64,000 bases of DNA from Clostridia bacterium. Its GTDB lineage: Bacteria; Bacillota; Clostridia; Oscillospirales; Acutalibacteraceae. Under the pieces are notes generated by a model. The model was not told the origin of the DNA. It did not search any database and was given only the letters and a program-made list of their open reading frames with translations. Each line of letters starts with the position of its first letter. The first letter of the stretch is position 1. The stretch lies in contig JAFTSH010000001.1 of the NCBI GenBank assembly GCA_017467405.1, positions 229,542 to 293,541 of the forward strand. Direction: 5' to 3'. Below, one piece after another: positions 36,450 through 45,811 of the stretch. Position numbers and translations under genes: made by a program.

Positions 36450-37478
36450 ATGGCAAAGGCAGCTAAAAAGAACGCGAGACTTTTCGGCACCCTTCCCGAC
36501 GGAACGCCGGTGTATGAATATACCTACCGTCTCGGTGAGCTTTCGGTGTCGGTGCTTGATTACGGTGCCACCGTAACGAGCATCCTGTATAAGGGCAAGG
36601 AAATGGTGCTCGGCTACGACGACCTTGAGGGCTATCTGAACGGCGGTGCTTATATCGGTGCTACCGTCGGCAGATACGCTAACCGTATTGCAGGGGGTAA
36701 ATTCACCCTCAACGGCAGGGAATACGACGTTGGTGCTAACGAAAAGAAGCTCGGCGGACATCTCCACGGAGGGGTCTGCGGTTTTGATAAAAGGATGTAT
36801 TCGGTCAGCCGTGTCGGCAAGGAAACGGTCTTTTCGCGCCGTTCTCCCGACGGCGAGGAGGGCTATCCCGGAAACCTCGATTACAGCGTAGGCTTCAGGC
36901 TCGATAACGATACCCTCATAATCACCTACCGTGCCGTGAGTGATGCAGACACGGTTTTCAATATGACCAACCACAGTTATTTTGATCCCGGACTCAAGAA
37001 GGTCGGTGACCTTGTGCTTGAGGTCGGTGCGGAATATATCACTCCCGTGGACGGAAGGCTTATTCCCGAGGGCGGGCTTATGAAAACGGAGGGTACACCC
37101 TTTGATTTCACCGTCCCGAAAAGGATATCCGACGCACTTTCGGCAGAGCATCCTCAGCTTGATCTCGGCGCAGGAGTTGACCACAACTTCGTTCTCGGTG
37201 ACAAAGGGGTAATGAAAAGGGCGGCGAGGGTCTACAGCCCCGATACGGGATTTATGATCGAGTGCTTCACCGATATGCCCGGCGTCCAGATCTACACCTC
37301 AAACTGCCTCGACGAAAACGCAGGCAGGGGAGGCGAGCCCCTCAAAAAGCATCAGGGAATCTGTCTTGAAACACAGTTCTACCCCGATACACCCAACCGT
37401 CCCGATTTCCCTTCCTGCCTTCTCAAAGCAGGCGAGGAGTTCGTTTCGGTTACCAAATATAAATTTAAAAAGGTTTGA
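36450..37478 (+). CDS. galM: Aldose 1-epimerase (mutarotase)
   Basis: GATVGRYANRIAGGKFTLNGREY...HLHGG...NHSYF blocks. The ATG at 36450 lies one nt after the dut stop. Confidence 0.88.
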   Translation: MAKAAKKNARLFGTLPDGTPVYEYTYRLGELSVSVLDYGATVTSILYKGKEMVLGYDDLEGYLNGGAYIGATVGRYANRIAGGKFTLNGREYDVGANEKKLGGHLHGGVCGFDKRMYSVSRVGKETVFSRRSPDGEEGYPGNLDYSVGFRLDNDTLIITYRAVSDADTVFNMTNHSYFDPGLKKVGDLVLEVGAEYITPVDGRLIPEGGLMKTEGTPFDFTVPKRISDALSAEHPQLDLGAGVDHNFVLGDKGVMKRAARVYSPDTGFMIECFTDMPGVQIYTSNCLDENAGRGGEPLKKHQGICLETQFYPDTPNRPDFPSCLLKAGEEFVSVTKYKFKKV

Positions 37479-37482
37479 AAAA

Positions 37483-38367
37483 ATGCGTTTTCTGAATTTC
37501 GGTTCTCTTAATCTTGACCACGTCTATACCGTCGACCATTTCGTAAAGGCGGGCGAAACCCTCGCATCCCAGCGTCTCGACCACTTTCTCGGCGGCAAGG
37601 GACTTAACCAGTCCATCGCCCTTGCGAGAGCGGGCGCCGAGGTGTTTCACGCCGGAAGGATCGGCACCGACGGCGAGGCTCTGAGGGCGGAGCTTGACCG
37701 AAACGGGGTTGATACCACCCTGCTCGTCACCGACATCTTGGAGGTCACGGGACACGCCGTTATCCAGAACGAGAAGGGCGGAAATAACTGCATCCTTCTT
37801 TACGGAGGCGCAAATCTCGCCGTAACCGAGGAGGATGCACACAGGGTGATCTCGCATTTCGGCGAGGGTGATTGGCTGCTGCTCCAGAATGAGATCAGCT
37901 CAATACCCGTAATCATACGCGAGGCAAAAAAACGCGGTATGACGGTAGTGCTCAACCCCTCTCCCATCAGCGGTGCACTTCTTGAAATGCCCGAGCTCTC
38001 CCTCGTGGATTGGTTTATTCTCAACGAGGTCGAGGGTGAGGCAATGACGGGTGAGACCGTTCCCGACGCAATCCTGTCCGAACTGTCACGCAAATTCCCT
38101 TCGGCTTCGGTCGTTCTTACCTTAGGTGCCGACGGCGCCGTCTGCTTTACCGACGGTAAAAAGGACTTCGCCTTGGCCATGAAGGTAAAGGCGGTAGATA
38201 CCACCGCCGCAGGAGATACGTTTACGGGATTTTTCTTCGCCACCCTCACGGGCGGCGGTACCCCTGCCGAGTCGTTGCGTATTGCCACCGCCGCAGCCGC
38301 AAAGGCGGTTTCGGTAAAGGGAGCCTCGAATTCCATTCCGAGAATAGAGGATCTCGGCGTAAGATAA
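37483..38367 (+). CDS. rbsK: Ribokinase / PfkB-family sugar kinase
   Basis: GGKGLNQS (PfkB signature 1), VDTTAAGDTF (signature 2) and NLDHVY at the N-terminus. ATG at 37483. Confidence 0.85.
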   Translation: MRFLNFGSLNLDHVYTVDHFVKAGETLASQRLDHFLGGKGLNQSIALARAGAEVFHAGRIGTDGEALRAELDRNGVDTTLLVTDILEVTGHAVIQNEKGGNNCILLYGGANLAVTEEDAHRVISHFGEGDWLLLQNEISSIPVIIREAKKRGMTVVLNPSPISGALLEMPELSLVDWFILNEVEGEAMTGETVPDAILSELSRKFPSASVVLTLGADGAVCFTDGKKDFALAMKVKAVDTTAAGDTFTGFFFATLTGGGTPAESLRIATAAAAKAVSVKGASNSIPRIEDLGVR

Positions 38368-38382
38368 AACGAATTATTGTCG

Positions 38383-38414
38383 GGGACGGTCTGACGGTCA
38401 GACCGTCCCTTTTT
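38383..38414 (+). terminator. Intrinsic terminator after rbsK
   Basis: An 11-bp stem GGGACGGTCTG/CAGACCGTCCC followed by TTTTT. Confidence 0.85.
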
Positions 38415-38457
38415 GTTAAAAACTTTCGGACAGAGGAGATTTTTTCGGGTTTCGGCA

Positions 38458-38486
38458 TTGACGGGCGTTTTCACGTTTGTTATACT
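38458..38486 (+). promoter_or_regulatory. Promoter candidate
   Basis: TTGACG (38458-38463), 17-nt spacer, TATACT (38481-38486). Confidence 0.5.
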
Positions 38487-38520
38487 TTAGCTGGATAAAA
38501 TTCTAAGAGGAGGAATATTC

Positions 38521-39156
38521 ATGGATGAAATGAACAACACTCAGGTACCGGTAACCCCCGAAACTCCGGTAACTCCTGTCGAACAGACACAGTCGATCTA
38601 TATGGCACAGTCGGCCGCTCCCGCCGAGCCCGTGTACGCTCAGCCCGTTTACGAGCGCCCCGCAGAGCCCGGCGTGCCCGTTGCACCCGCAGCTCCCGTT
38701 CAGCCCGTATATACCCAGCCCGTCTATCAGCAGCCTGCGGCACCCGTACAGCCCGCGTATCAGCAGCCCGTCTATACGCAACCCGTTTATCAGCAGCAGG
38801 TATATCAGCAGCCTACCTATGCTCAGCCCGTATACCAACAGCCTGCCTATCAGCAGAACAATATGCCTGCGGTTGTACCCGTTGCGCCTGCCGAACCCTC
38901 GGAGGAGGCGTCTTCGCTCGCAAGCAGCTCCATGACAATGGGTATTCTCGGTCTTGCGCTCAGCGAGCTTCCGGTTGCCGGACTTATTCTGAGCATCCTT
39001 TCGATGATCAAGCGCTCAAAGGCGAACGAGGCAGGTTACGTCGGCGGAAAGCTTATTCCCGCAAAGATCTGCTCGATCATCGGACTTGCCACGTCCATCT
39101 TCTTCAATTTCTATTGGATGATTATTATACTCGTTATCATGGTCGAAGGACTTTGA
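38521..39156 (+). CDS. Pro/Gln/Tyr-rich repeat protein with C-terminal double-TM domain (DUF4190-like)
   Basis: The N-terminal ~110 aa hold QPVY-type repeats. The C-terminal region MGILGLALSELPVAGLILSILSMI...ICSIIGLATSIFFNFYWMIIILVIMV has two TM helices. A strong RBS GAGGAGG is present. Confidence 0.7.
   Translation: MDEMNNTQVPVTPETPVTPVEQTQSIYMAQSAAPAEPVYAQPVYERPAEPGVPVAPAAPVQPVYTQPVYQQPAAPVQPAYQQPVYTQPVYQQQVYQQPTYAQPVYQQPAYQQNNMPAVVPVAPAEPSEEASSLASSSMTMGILGLALSELPVAGLILSILSMIKRSKANEAGYVGGKLIPAKICSIIGLATSIFFNFYWMIIILVIMVEGL
38638..38856 (+). repeat. Imperfect in-frame tandem repeats (12-nt QPVY/QPAY units)
   Basis: Repeated CAGCCCGT(N)TA(Y)... units encode AQPVY, QPVYTQPVYQQ, QPAYQQPVYTQPVYQQQVYQQPTYAQPVYQQPAYQQ. 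Confidence 0.8.
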
Positions 39157-39184
39157 TCCGACGGCGTAAAGCTCTTACAAGACA

Positions 39185-39224
39185 CAAAAAAAGAAGCGTT
39201 GACGGTTTGTCAATGCTTCTTTTG
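39185..39224. terminator. Bidirectional intrinsic terminator between convergent genes
   Basis: A 12-bp stem AGAAGCGTTGAC/GTCAATGCTTCT flanked by AAAAAAA and TTT. Confidence 0.75.
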
Positions 39225-39232
39225 CGTTAATA

Positions 39233-40147
39233 TCAGTCTACGTATTTGTCAAGGAATTCCTTGGCAACGTCAAGTCCCGCCTTGACCTTTTCGAGCGAGC
39301 CGGAGTATTTGGGATCCTCGTGCTCGATGCTGACTACGCCGTCGTAGCCGATCTTTTCAAGGGCCTTGAACATTCCGTCGAAATCGACCGTGCCGAGTCC
39401 CGGCATACTGAACTTCCAGATGCTTGAGCCGCCGAGCTGGCAGTTATAGGTGCCGTAGATCTTCAGCGCATCGGTATCAACGGCCGAATCCTTGGCGTGA
39501 ACGTGGAATATCCTGTCGGCAAACTCCTCGATCGGTGTGACGCAGTCCATCATCATAAAGTTGAGATGGGAGGGGTCGTAGTTGAGTCCGAAGCTCTTTG
39601 AGGGGATGCGTCTGAACATCTCGCGCCACAGCTCGGGCGAGAAGGAGATGGTACCGGGAAGTCCGGGTACCTGCCAGTTGGGCATGGGGCAGTTTTCGAT
39701 CATCAGCTTTACGCCGTTTTCCTCTGCGCAGGCGACCAGCTCGCCGAAGACCTGCTCGTACAGATCAAAGTTCTCCTTGAGCGAAATGAGGTGGTTGCGG
39801 CCGACGAAGGTGCCTACCATGGGTACGCCGAGCATCTTCGCGGCGACGATCACCTTCTTGACGTGAGCGTTGACCGACGCTCTGAAAACGGGGTCGGCGG
39901 CGAGGTTGTTGTCGTAGTAGGCGAGGGAGGAGATCTCAAGTCCGAGACTGTCGGCAAGAGAGCGCAGCTCGTTTGCCTTTTCCTGCGTCAGCGCATCAAC
40001 GTCGATGTCACAGGAGGAGTAATCCCTGCCGTTGACGGCAGGCCAGCAGCCGATCTCGACCGCCTTGTATCCGCGCTCCGCGGCGTAGCGCATTTTTTCT
40101 TCGATCGGCATATTGCCGAGACAAACGGTAAGAAATCCGAGTTTCAT
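39233..40147 (-). CDS. Sugar phosphate isomerase/epimerase (xylose-isomerase-like TIM barrel)
   Basis: 304 aa. MKLGFLTVCLG...GYKAVEI...HVHAKD...IEHED is the AP_endonuc_2 family pattern. Confidence 0.8.
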   Translation of the reverse strand: MKLGFLTVCLGNMPIEEKMRYAAERGYKAVEIGCWPAVNGRDYSSCDIDVDALTQEKANELRSLADSLGLEISSLAYYDNNLAADPVFRASVNAHVKKVIVAAKMLGVPMVGTFVGRNHLISLKENFDLYEQVFGELVACAEENGVKLMIENCPMPNWQVPGLPGTISFSPELWREMFRRIPSKSFGLNYDPSHLNFMMMDCVTPIEEFADRIFHVHAKDSAVDTDALKIYGTYNCQLGGSSIWKFSMPGLGTVDFDGMFKALEKIGYDGVVSIEHEDPKYSGSLEKVKAGLDVAKEFLDKYVD

Positions 40148-40160
40148 CTTTTTTTCTCCT

Positions 40161-41249
40161 TTATTTATTGTCGAAGCGTACCGGCTGATTCGTCTTTGCC
40201 GAGGTGTAGATCGCTTCGAGTATCTCGGTGACGACGAGCGCCTGCTCGGGCTTTACGAGAGGCTCGGTGTCGTTGAGGATGGCGTTGATCCACTGGCGCG
40301 CCTCGATCCTCTCGGGACGGTCGTCGCCGACTCCCTCGTAGAAGGCGGCTCCGCCTGCTCTGAGATCGGGAACCTCGGTGGTGAGTCTTCCGAGATGCTC
40401 CCTGTTGAAGCGCAGACCGCCGACGAAATCGGCACCGCCCTTCGTGCCGGCGAGGATGCACTGCGCTTCTCTCGGATCGGCAACGTTGAGAGCCCAGCTC
40501 GACTCAAGAACTATCGTGGCGCCGTTTTCCATCGTGATAAAGCCGAAGGCGGAATCCTCAACGGTAAACTTCTCGGGATCCCACGGACCCCAGGCGTTGG
40601 CGGCGTTTTTGGTGTCGGCCAGCTTGCGGTAGGTGTTACCGACGACGTAGAGGGGCTTGTAGTTATCCATCATAAAGAGGGTAAGATCGAGAGCGTGAGT
40701 TCCGATGTCGATAAGCGGACCGCCGCCCTGCTCCTCCTCGTTGAGGAAAACGCCCCAGGTGGGAACGCCTCTTCTTCTGACGGCGAGAGCCTTGGCGAAG
40801 TAAATATCGCCCAGCTCGCCTGCCTCGCAGGCGGCCTTGAGATATGCGGCGTCAGACTTGAAACGATTCTGATAGCCGATCGTAAGCTTCTTTCCGGTGC
40901 GCTTTGCGGTTTCGAGCATCTTTCTTGCATCGGCCGCGGTCTTGGCCATCGGCTTTTCGCACATTACGTGGCAGCCGGCCTCAAGCGCCGCAACGGTAAT
41001 TTCGCAGTGTGAGCGGTTGGGGGTGCAGACGTGTACGACGTCGGGCTTTTCGGCCTCGAGAAGGGCGCGGTAATCGGTGTAGACCTTTGCACCCTCGACG
41101 CCGTATTTTTCGGCAGCCTGTTCGGCTCTTTCGGGTATAATGTCGCAGAATGCGACCATATCGACTTCTTTTACAGCCGCGAGAGAGGGCAGGTGCTTTC
41201 CGTTAGCTATTCCTCCGCAACCGATCACGGCAACTCTGAGCTTTTGCAT
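40161..41249 (-). CDS. Gfo/Idh/MocA family oxidoreductase
   Basis: N-terminal Rossmann LRVAVIGCGGIANGKH and EKP motif (CEKPMA). ATG at 41249 follows a GGAGG RBS. Confidence 0.85.
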   Translation of the reverse strand: MQKLRVAVIGCGGIANGKHLPSLAAVKEVDMVAFCDIIPERAEQAAEKYGVEGAKVYTDYRALLEAEKPDVVHVCTPNRSHCEITVAALEAGCHVMCEKPMAKTAADARKMLETAKRTGKKLTIGYQNRFKSDAAYLKAACEAGELGDIYFAKALAVRRRGVPTWGVFLNEEEQGGGPLIDIGTHALDLTLFMMDNYKPLYVVGNTYRKLADTKNAANAWGPWDPEKFTVEDSAFGFITMENGATIVLESSWALNVADPREAQCILAGTKGGADFVGGLRFNREHLGRLTTEVPDLRAGGAAFYEGVGDDRPERIEARQWINAILNDTEPLVKPEQALVVTEILEAIYTSAKTNQPVRFDNK

Positions 41250-41375
41250 AATTTTTACCTCCGTGTGTTTAAGGTTAATTCGATTATAATTCGCATCATA
41301 CGTCAAAGTCAATACGGTTTTGGAACAAAAAGCAGAAAGATATTGCGGTTTGGAAAAATTACGGACAAAAACGGG

Positions 41376-41404
41376 TTGAAAACCTCGCCTTCATAAAGTA
41401 TAAT
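41376..41404 (+). promoter_or_regulatory. Near-consensus promoter for proS
   Basis: TTGAAA (41376-41381), 17-nt spacer, TATAAT (41399-41404). Confidence 0.6.
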
Positions 41405-41441
41405 AAGCATTACGAAAGTTATCCGAAAAGGAATGATATCA

Positions 41442-42884
41442 ATGGCAGACATGAACAAGATGGTCAGCGAGATCACGTCGATGGATGAGGATTTCGCAAA
41501 ATGGTATACCGACATATGCCGCAAGGCCGAGCTTGTTGAATACACCAGCGTAAAGGGTTGTATGGTGATCCGTCCCTACGGCTACGCCATCTGGGAGCAT
41601 ATGCAGCGCATACTTGACGGAATGTTCAAGGCTACGGGACACGAAAACGTCTGTATGCCCATGTTTATCCCCGAGAGCCTTCTCAATAAGGAAAAGGATC
41701 ACGTCGAGGGCTTTGCCCCCGAGGTAGCCTGGGTTACCCATGGCGGAAGCGAAAAGCTTGAGGAGCGCCTCTGTGTGCGCCCCACCTCCGAGACCCTTTT
41801 CTGCGAGCACTACGCCAACATAATCCAGTCGTGGCGCGATCTCCCCAAGAAATATAACCAGTGGGTAAGCGTCGTCCGTTGGGAAAAGACCACCCGTCCC
41901 TTCCTGCGTTCAAGAGAGTTCCTCTGGCAGGAGGGCCACACGATCCACGCTACCGCCGCGGAGGCGATCGAAGAGACCGAGAGAATGCTTGACGTCTACG
42001 CCGATTTCTGCGAGAACGATCTTGCAATGCCGGTGGTAAAGGGACGCAAGACCGAGAGCGACAAGTTCGCAGGAGCCGTCGCGACCTACGCGATCGAGGC
42101 TTTGATGCACGACGGAAAGGCTCTGCAGGCAGGTACCTCTCACTATTTCGGAGACGGCTTCGCAAAGACCTTCGGAATTCAGTTCTCGGACAAGGACAAC
42201 AAGAGAAGCTTCCCCCATCAGACCTCGTGGGGTGTTACCACCCGTCTGATCGGTGCCGTAATAATGACCCACGGTGATGACAACGGTCTGGTGCTTCCCC
42301 CCGCCGTTGCTCCCATTCAGGCCGTAATAATCCCCGTTGCACAGCACAAGCCCGGCGTCCTCGAAAAGGTAAACGAGGTTGCTGCCGCCCTCAGCGGTGT
42401 TGCAAGGGTGAAGGTTGACGACTCGGACAACAGCCCCGGCTGGAAGTACAGCGAGTATGAAATGAAGGGCGTACCCGTAAGAATTGAGATCGGCCCGAGA
42501 GATATTGAAAAGGGACAGTGCGTTCTCGTCACCCGTCACAACCGCGAAAAGGTCTTCGTTTCTCTTGACGATCTTCCCACCGTCCTCCCCGAAAAGCTCA
42601 AGGAGGTGCGCGACGGACTTTACGCCAAAGCCCTCGCCAACCGCGAGAAGCATACCTATTGCTGCATCGACAAGGCCGACATAATCGCAAAGCTCGAGGA
42701 GCTCGGTGACGGCTTCGTCAAGGCACCCTGGTGCGGCGAAGAGGCCTGTGAGGACGACGTCAAGGAAACCACGGGCGTCGGCTCCCGTTGCATCTCCCTC
42801 ACCGAAGAGCCCTCCGACAGCGACGTTTGCGTTTGCTGCGGCAAAAAGGCGAAGCACATCGTCTATTGGGGCAAAGCCTATTGA
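41442..42884 (+). CDS. proS: Proline--tRNA ligase, archaeal/eukaryotic-like type (no INS editing domain)
   Basis: [17 protein letters not shown]...[12 protein letters not shown], class II motifs, and a C-terminal Cys-rich zinc-binding domain ending ...YWGKAY. ATG 41442 is preferred on RBS spacing; an alternative ATG lies at 41433. Confidence 0.93.
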   Translation: MADMNKMVSEITSMDEDFAKWYTDICRKAELVEYTSVKGCMVIRPYGYAIWEHMQRILDGMFKATGHENVCMPMFIPESLLNKEKDHVEGFAPEVAWVTHGGSEKLEERLCVRPTSETLFCEHYANIIQSWRDLPKKYNQWVSVVRWEKTTRPFLRSREFLWQEGHTIHATAAEAIEETERMLDVYADFCENDLAMPVVKGRKTESDKFAGAVATYAIEALMHDGKALQAGTSHYFGDGFAKTFGIQFSDKDNKRSFPHQTSWGVTTRLIGAVIMTHGDDNGLVLPPAVAPIQAVIIPVAQHKPGVLEKVNEVAAALSGVARVKVDDSDNSPGWKYSEYEMKGVPVRIEIGPRDIEKGQCVLVTRHNREKVFVSLDDLPTVLPEKLKEVRDGLYAKALANREKHTYCCIDKADIIAKLEELGDGFVKAPWCGEEACEDDVKETTGVGSRCISLTEEPSDSDVCVCCGKKAKHIVYWGKAY

Positions 42885-42909
42885 TCTCCCTAAAATAAGA
42901 TACGATTTT

Positions 42910-42937
42910 CCGCCGCGTCACCGACGCGGCGGTTTTT
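42910..42937 (+). terminator. Intrinsic terminator after proS
   Basis: Stem CCGCCGCGT/ACGCGGCGG followed by TTTTT. Confidence 0.85.
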
Positions 42938-42947
42938 GATATTATAC

Positions 42948-42976
42948 TTGCGCAAACGTGGGGAGTAGTGTATACT
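42948..42976 (+). promoter_or_regulatory. Promoter candidate for island gene 1
   Basis: TTGCGC (42948-42953), 17-nt spacer, TATACT (42971-42976). Confidence 0.4.
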
Positions 42977-43010
42977 TAAAATGTAAATTAAACCGAAAGG
43001 AGTCGGGAAT

Positions 43011-44549
43011 ATGCGTATTAAAAAATTTTGCCGTCCGATAAGAATGATTTCAGCTTTAACGGTCTTGCTTTTCGTAATCTCACTTTTTGCCGCCTGCTCG
43101 GACGATTCTGCCCCGTCTTCTTCTCGGCAGCAGACCTCGTCGGCGTCACAGACGCAGAGCAGTTCTTCCTCTCAGCAGGAAAACGTCTCATCCGAGCCCT
43201 CTGACGATCCCGAGGATTACGACGGTCACCCGTACTTGGCCGAAAAGGTCGACCTTAACGGATTAGAAGTGATTTTTGCGGTACCGAATGATTTGGTTAT
43301 TCCTAAGGACGATTCTACCGAAATCAACGGCGAGATACTCGACTCCCTCCGCCGTATACAGAAGGACTACAACTGCAGGATAAGTTCTATGCAGATTGAA
43401 TACGGCGATTGGGATGACATCATTTCGGCGTTAGCGGCGGGCGAGGAGTATGCCGACGTCCTTTTGCCCTGTATACATCAGACCGCAGATTTTTTTGAGG
43501 CGAACATTTGTGCCGATTTTACGTCACCCGAAATATCACGGTATATCGATATGAGCCGTCCGTGGTGGAACGACAGCGTGATGCAGGCGGCAAACGTCGG
43601 CGGCAAGGTATATGCCGCGGCTCCCTGTATAAGCGATACGATCGGCGTTGCCAGCGTAGTGCTTTTTGACAAGGACGTTCTGGAGGATATCGGGCACGAG
43701 TCCGACGAGCTGTATTCGCTCTATCACAAGGGCGAATGGACGTGGGACGCCCTTGCAAAATACGCCAAAAAAGCAAACAAGGATCTCGACAAGGACGGAA
43801 AACTTAATGGGTTCGATGACCGTTGTGGACTTGTCGGATCCGGTTATAATACCGCCAGGGCCTTTTCCGCTACTGCAGGAGTGAGTGTATTTGCGGTAGA
43901 GAACGGTAAAAACGCGGTCTATTCTCTCAATACCGAACACGCAATAAAGACTCTTGAAAGGCTCAATAGTTTTTTTAATACCGAGGATATATTTTGCGAT
44001 ACCAGTTGGGACAGCACTACTCGGCGTGATGTAGTAATGTTTAAGGACGATCTGGCTCTTTTCTCGTTCACATGGTTTTTAAACTTAGATAGCTTTTCTA
44101 AAAACAAGGCCGGAAGAGTAGGTGTTTTGCCGCTTCCGCTCGGTCCCGATGAGAACGGAGGCTGGCAGAAAGAATACGTCAGCCTCGGCGACCATAATTT
44201 CAGGGTGGCCTTAATTCCGAAGACCGTAAAGGACAAGGAAGGCACGGCGTTGGTACTCGAGGCGCTGGCCTTTGACCGCTGGAAGCTGATGTACGGCAAG
44301 CTTGACCGTGTTCTTGAGTCGATCGAGGCGGATGAACAGACGGCACAGATAGCACGTGATATTTACGGCTACGTCACCTTTGAGGCAGATCAGTTCCTGT
44401 ATACGTATGAACAATACAAATGGAACACTTTGACGAGCGGTATATTCAGGGGTATCGTCCGGCAGAAAGACTACGATGTTAAAGGTCTTGTAAATGCACG
44501 CGCAAAAGAAGCTCAGGCGCTTCTCAACAAATATTACGGCAACTCGTAA
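43011..44549 (+). CDS. Putative solute-binding-protein-like lipoprotein, divergent member of the island family (P1)
   Basis: Signal peptide plus lipobox SLFAAC and a Ser/Gln-rich linker. Family blocks are LPCIHQ, RPWWNDSVM, GEWTWDALAKYAKKANKDLDKDGKLNGFDD and GGWQKEYVSLGDHNFRVALIP. Confidence 0.75.
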   Translation: MRIKKFCRPIRMISALTVLLFVISLFAACSDDSAPSSSRQQTSSASQTQSSSSSQQENVSSEPSDDPEDYDGHPYLAEKVDLNGLEVIFAVPNDLVIPKDDSTEINGEILDSLRRIQKDYNCRISSMQIEYGDWDDIISALAAGEEYADVLLPCIHQTADFFEANICADFTSPEISRYIDMSRPWWNDSVMQAANVGGKVYAAAPCISDTIGVASVVLFDKDVLEDIGHESDELYSLYHKGEWTWDALAKYAKKANKDLDKDGKLNGFDDRCGLVGSGYNTARAFSATAGVSVFAVENGKNAVYSLNTEHAIKTLERLNSFFNTEDIFCDTSWDSTTRRDVVMFKDDLALFSFTWFLNLDSFSKNKAGRVGVLPLPLGPDENGGWQKEYVSLGDHNFRVALIPKTVKDKEGTALVLEALAFDRWKLMYGKLDRVLESIEADEQTAQIARDIYGYVTFEADQFLYTYEQYKWNTLTSGIFRGIVRQKDYDVKGLVNARAKEAQALLNKYYGNS

Positions 44550-44622
44550 CGGGCTGTTTACGGTCTGCGGGAATTTTACGCATTTTATGAGTGTTTCTGC
44601 ATAGAAAGTTGAATGTTTTTGA

Positions 44623-44652
44623 TTGACAAAGCCTCTTTTATTATGTTAGTAT
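44623..44652 (+). promoter_or_regulatory. Promoter candidate for island gene S1
   Basis: TTGACA (44623-44628), 18-nt spacer with TGn, TAGTAT (44647-44652). Confidence 0.45.
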
Positions 44653-44689
44653 TTTGTTAACAAATTATTTCGAGAGGAGTTATTCCCCA

Positions 44690-45646
44690 ATGAAAAAGTT
44701 AGTTAAAAGTTCAATCGCTGTTCTCGTTGCGCTGATCCTTCTCGTTACTACCTGCGTCGTCGGATTTACCGCCGGTGCAAAGGACATCGCTTCCTTTGAC
44801 ATCATTTCCGCAACCGCAGAGAAAAAGGCGTCAGACATGGAAACCACCCTTGACTTAGAGGCCGGTGCTACCTTTGCCGTAGTCGACAGCACCTCCCTTG
44901 CCAAGGCTGACGGAGTTCCCGAGAAGGCCTATAAGGCCACATTCACAAAGGCTTTTGACGGCTTCTACATTCCCACCAACGGAAAGGACGAGGCTGCCAC
45001 GGACCTCGCCGGCAAGGATAAGGAGATTATCTTTGACGCGTGGATCTACGTTTCGGACATCAGCAAGACCAACGCTATGATCGTCCGCGTATATCCCTCC
45101 ACCGGAAGAGTAAACGACAGTGATCCCAATAAGAGTCACTCCAAGATCGCCGGTTACTTCTGGCAGGGCAACCTCAAGACCAACCTGCAGGTCACCCAGA
45201 CCGGCTGGAACCACGTTCAGGTGAAGATGAGCTTCAACAACGGCTGGCAGAGCTCCGCCGGTTACGCAACCTATACTCTGGATCAGAAGATCGCGGGAAT
45301 TACCTTCCACGATCACGGTGAGCCCACCGGAGGCGGATACGACTTTGCCGTCGCAGGTGTAACCCTTAAGCTGGTTGAGGAAGAGTCCTCCGCTCCTTCG
45401 AGAATAGGAATTCCCGCCGCTTCCTCCAAGGAAGCCGTCTCGAGCGAGGAAGTCTCCTCCTCCGCTGCCGTTACCTCCGCCGAGATTTCGAGCGTTGCCG
45501 ATGATGCTCTTTACGGAGATGAAGGTTCCGACGATGCCGAAGAGGCCGGATTCCCCGATTGGGCGTGGATAGTGATCGGCGTCGTAGCAGTAGCCGCTAT
45601 TGCCGCAGTCGTCGTTATCGTCCTCAAAAATAACGCCAAGAAATAA
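44690..45646 (+). CDS. Hypothetical secreted, C-terminally anchored surface protein (S1; possible carbohydrate-binding-like ectodomain)
   Basis: A signal peptide ending GFTAGA/KD and a ~210-aa aromatic-rich ectodomain (DAWIYV, YFWQ, GWNHVQVKM, NNGWQ, FAVAGVTLKLVE). These are followed by a Ser-rich stalk, then FPDW + TM + KNNAKK. ATG at 44690. Confidence 0.7.
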   Translation: MKKLVKSSIAVLVALILLVTTCVVGFTAGAKDIASFDIISATAEKKASDMETTLDLEAGATFAVVDSTSLAKADGVPEKAYKATFTKAFDGFYIPTNGKDEAATDLAGKDKEIIFDAWIYVSDISKTNAMIVRVYPSTGRVNDSDPNKSHSKIAGYFWQGNLKTNLQVTQTGWNHVQVKMSFNNGWQSSAGYATYTLDQKIAGITFHDHGEPTGGGYDFAVAGVTLKLVEEESSAPSRIGIPAASSKEAVSSEEVSSSAAVTSAEISSVADDALYGDEGSDDAEEAGFPDWAWIVIGVVAVAAIAAVVVIVLKNNAKK

Positions 45647-45667
45647 AGCCTCATAAATGATCTTCAG

Positions 45668-45699
45668 ACCGATGCAGCTTTGGTTGCATCGGTTTTTTT
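45668..45699 (+). terminator. Intrinsic terminator after S1
   Basis: A 9-bp stem ACCGATGCA/TGCATCGGT followed by TTTTTTT. Confidence 0.8.
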
Positions 45700-45751
45700 G
45701 TCGCCCCCGGTCAAAGAAACAAAAATGTTCGGACATTCTCTACCGTTTCGA

Positions 45752-45780
45752 TTGACAACGGTAAAATATTGTGTTAATAT
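45752..45780 (+). promoter_or_regulatory. Promoter candidate for island gene S2
   Basis: TTGACA (45752-45757), 17-nt spacer, TAATAT (45775-45780). Confidence 0.5.
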
Positions 45781-45811
45781 TAACTAAAATAAAAACATAA
45801 GGAGAGTTTTT

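Noticed and set aside
38638-38856. A repeat region that could superficially look like a CRISPR or satellite array.
   Set aside because: The units are 12 nt, in frame and imperfect. They lie inside a well-supported CDS and have no spacers, so they are coding low-complexity repeats.
41313-41441. T-box leaders upstream of the aminoacyl-tRNA ligase genes proS, argS and gltX.
   Set aside because: The leaders are far too short: about 40 nt from the predicted TSS for proS and a 34-nt gap before argS. No T-box core (AGGGUGGUACCGCG-like) was seen.
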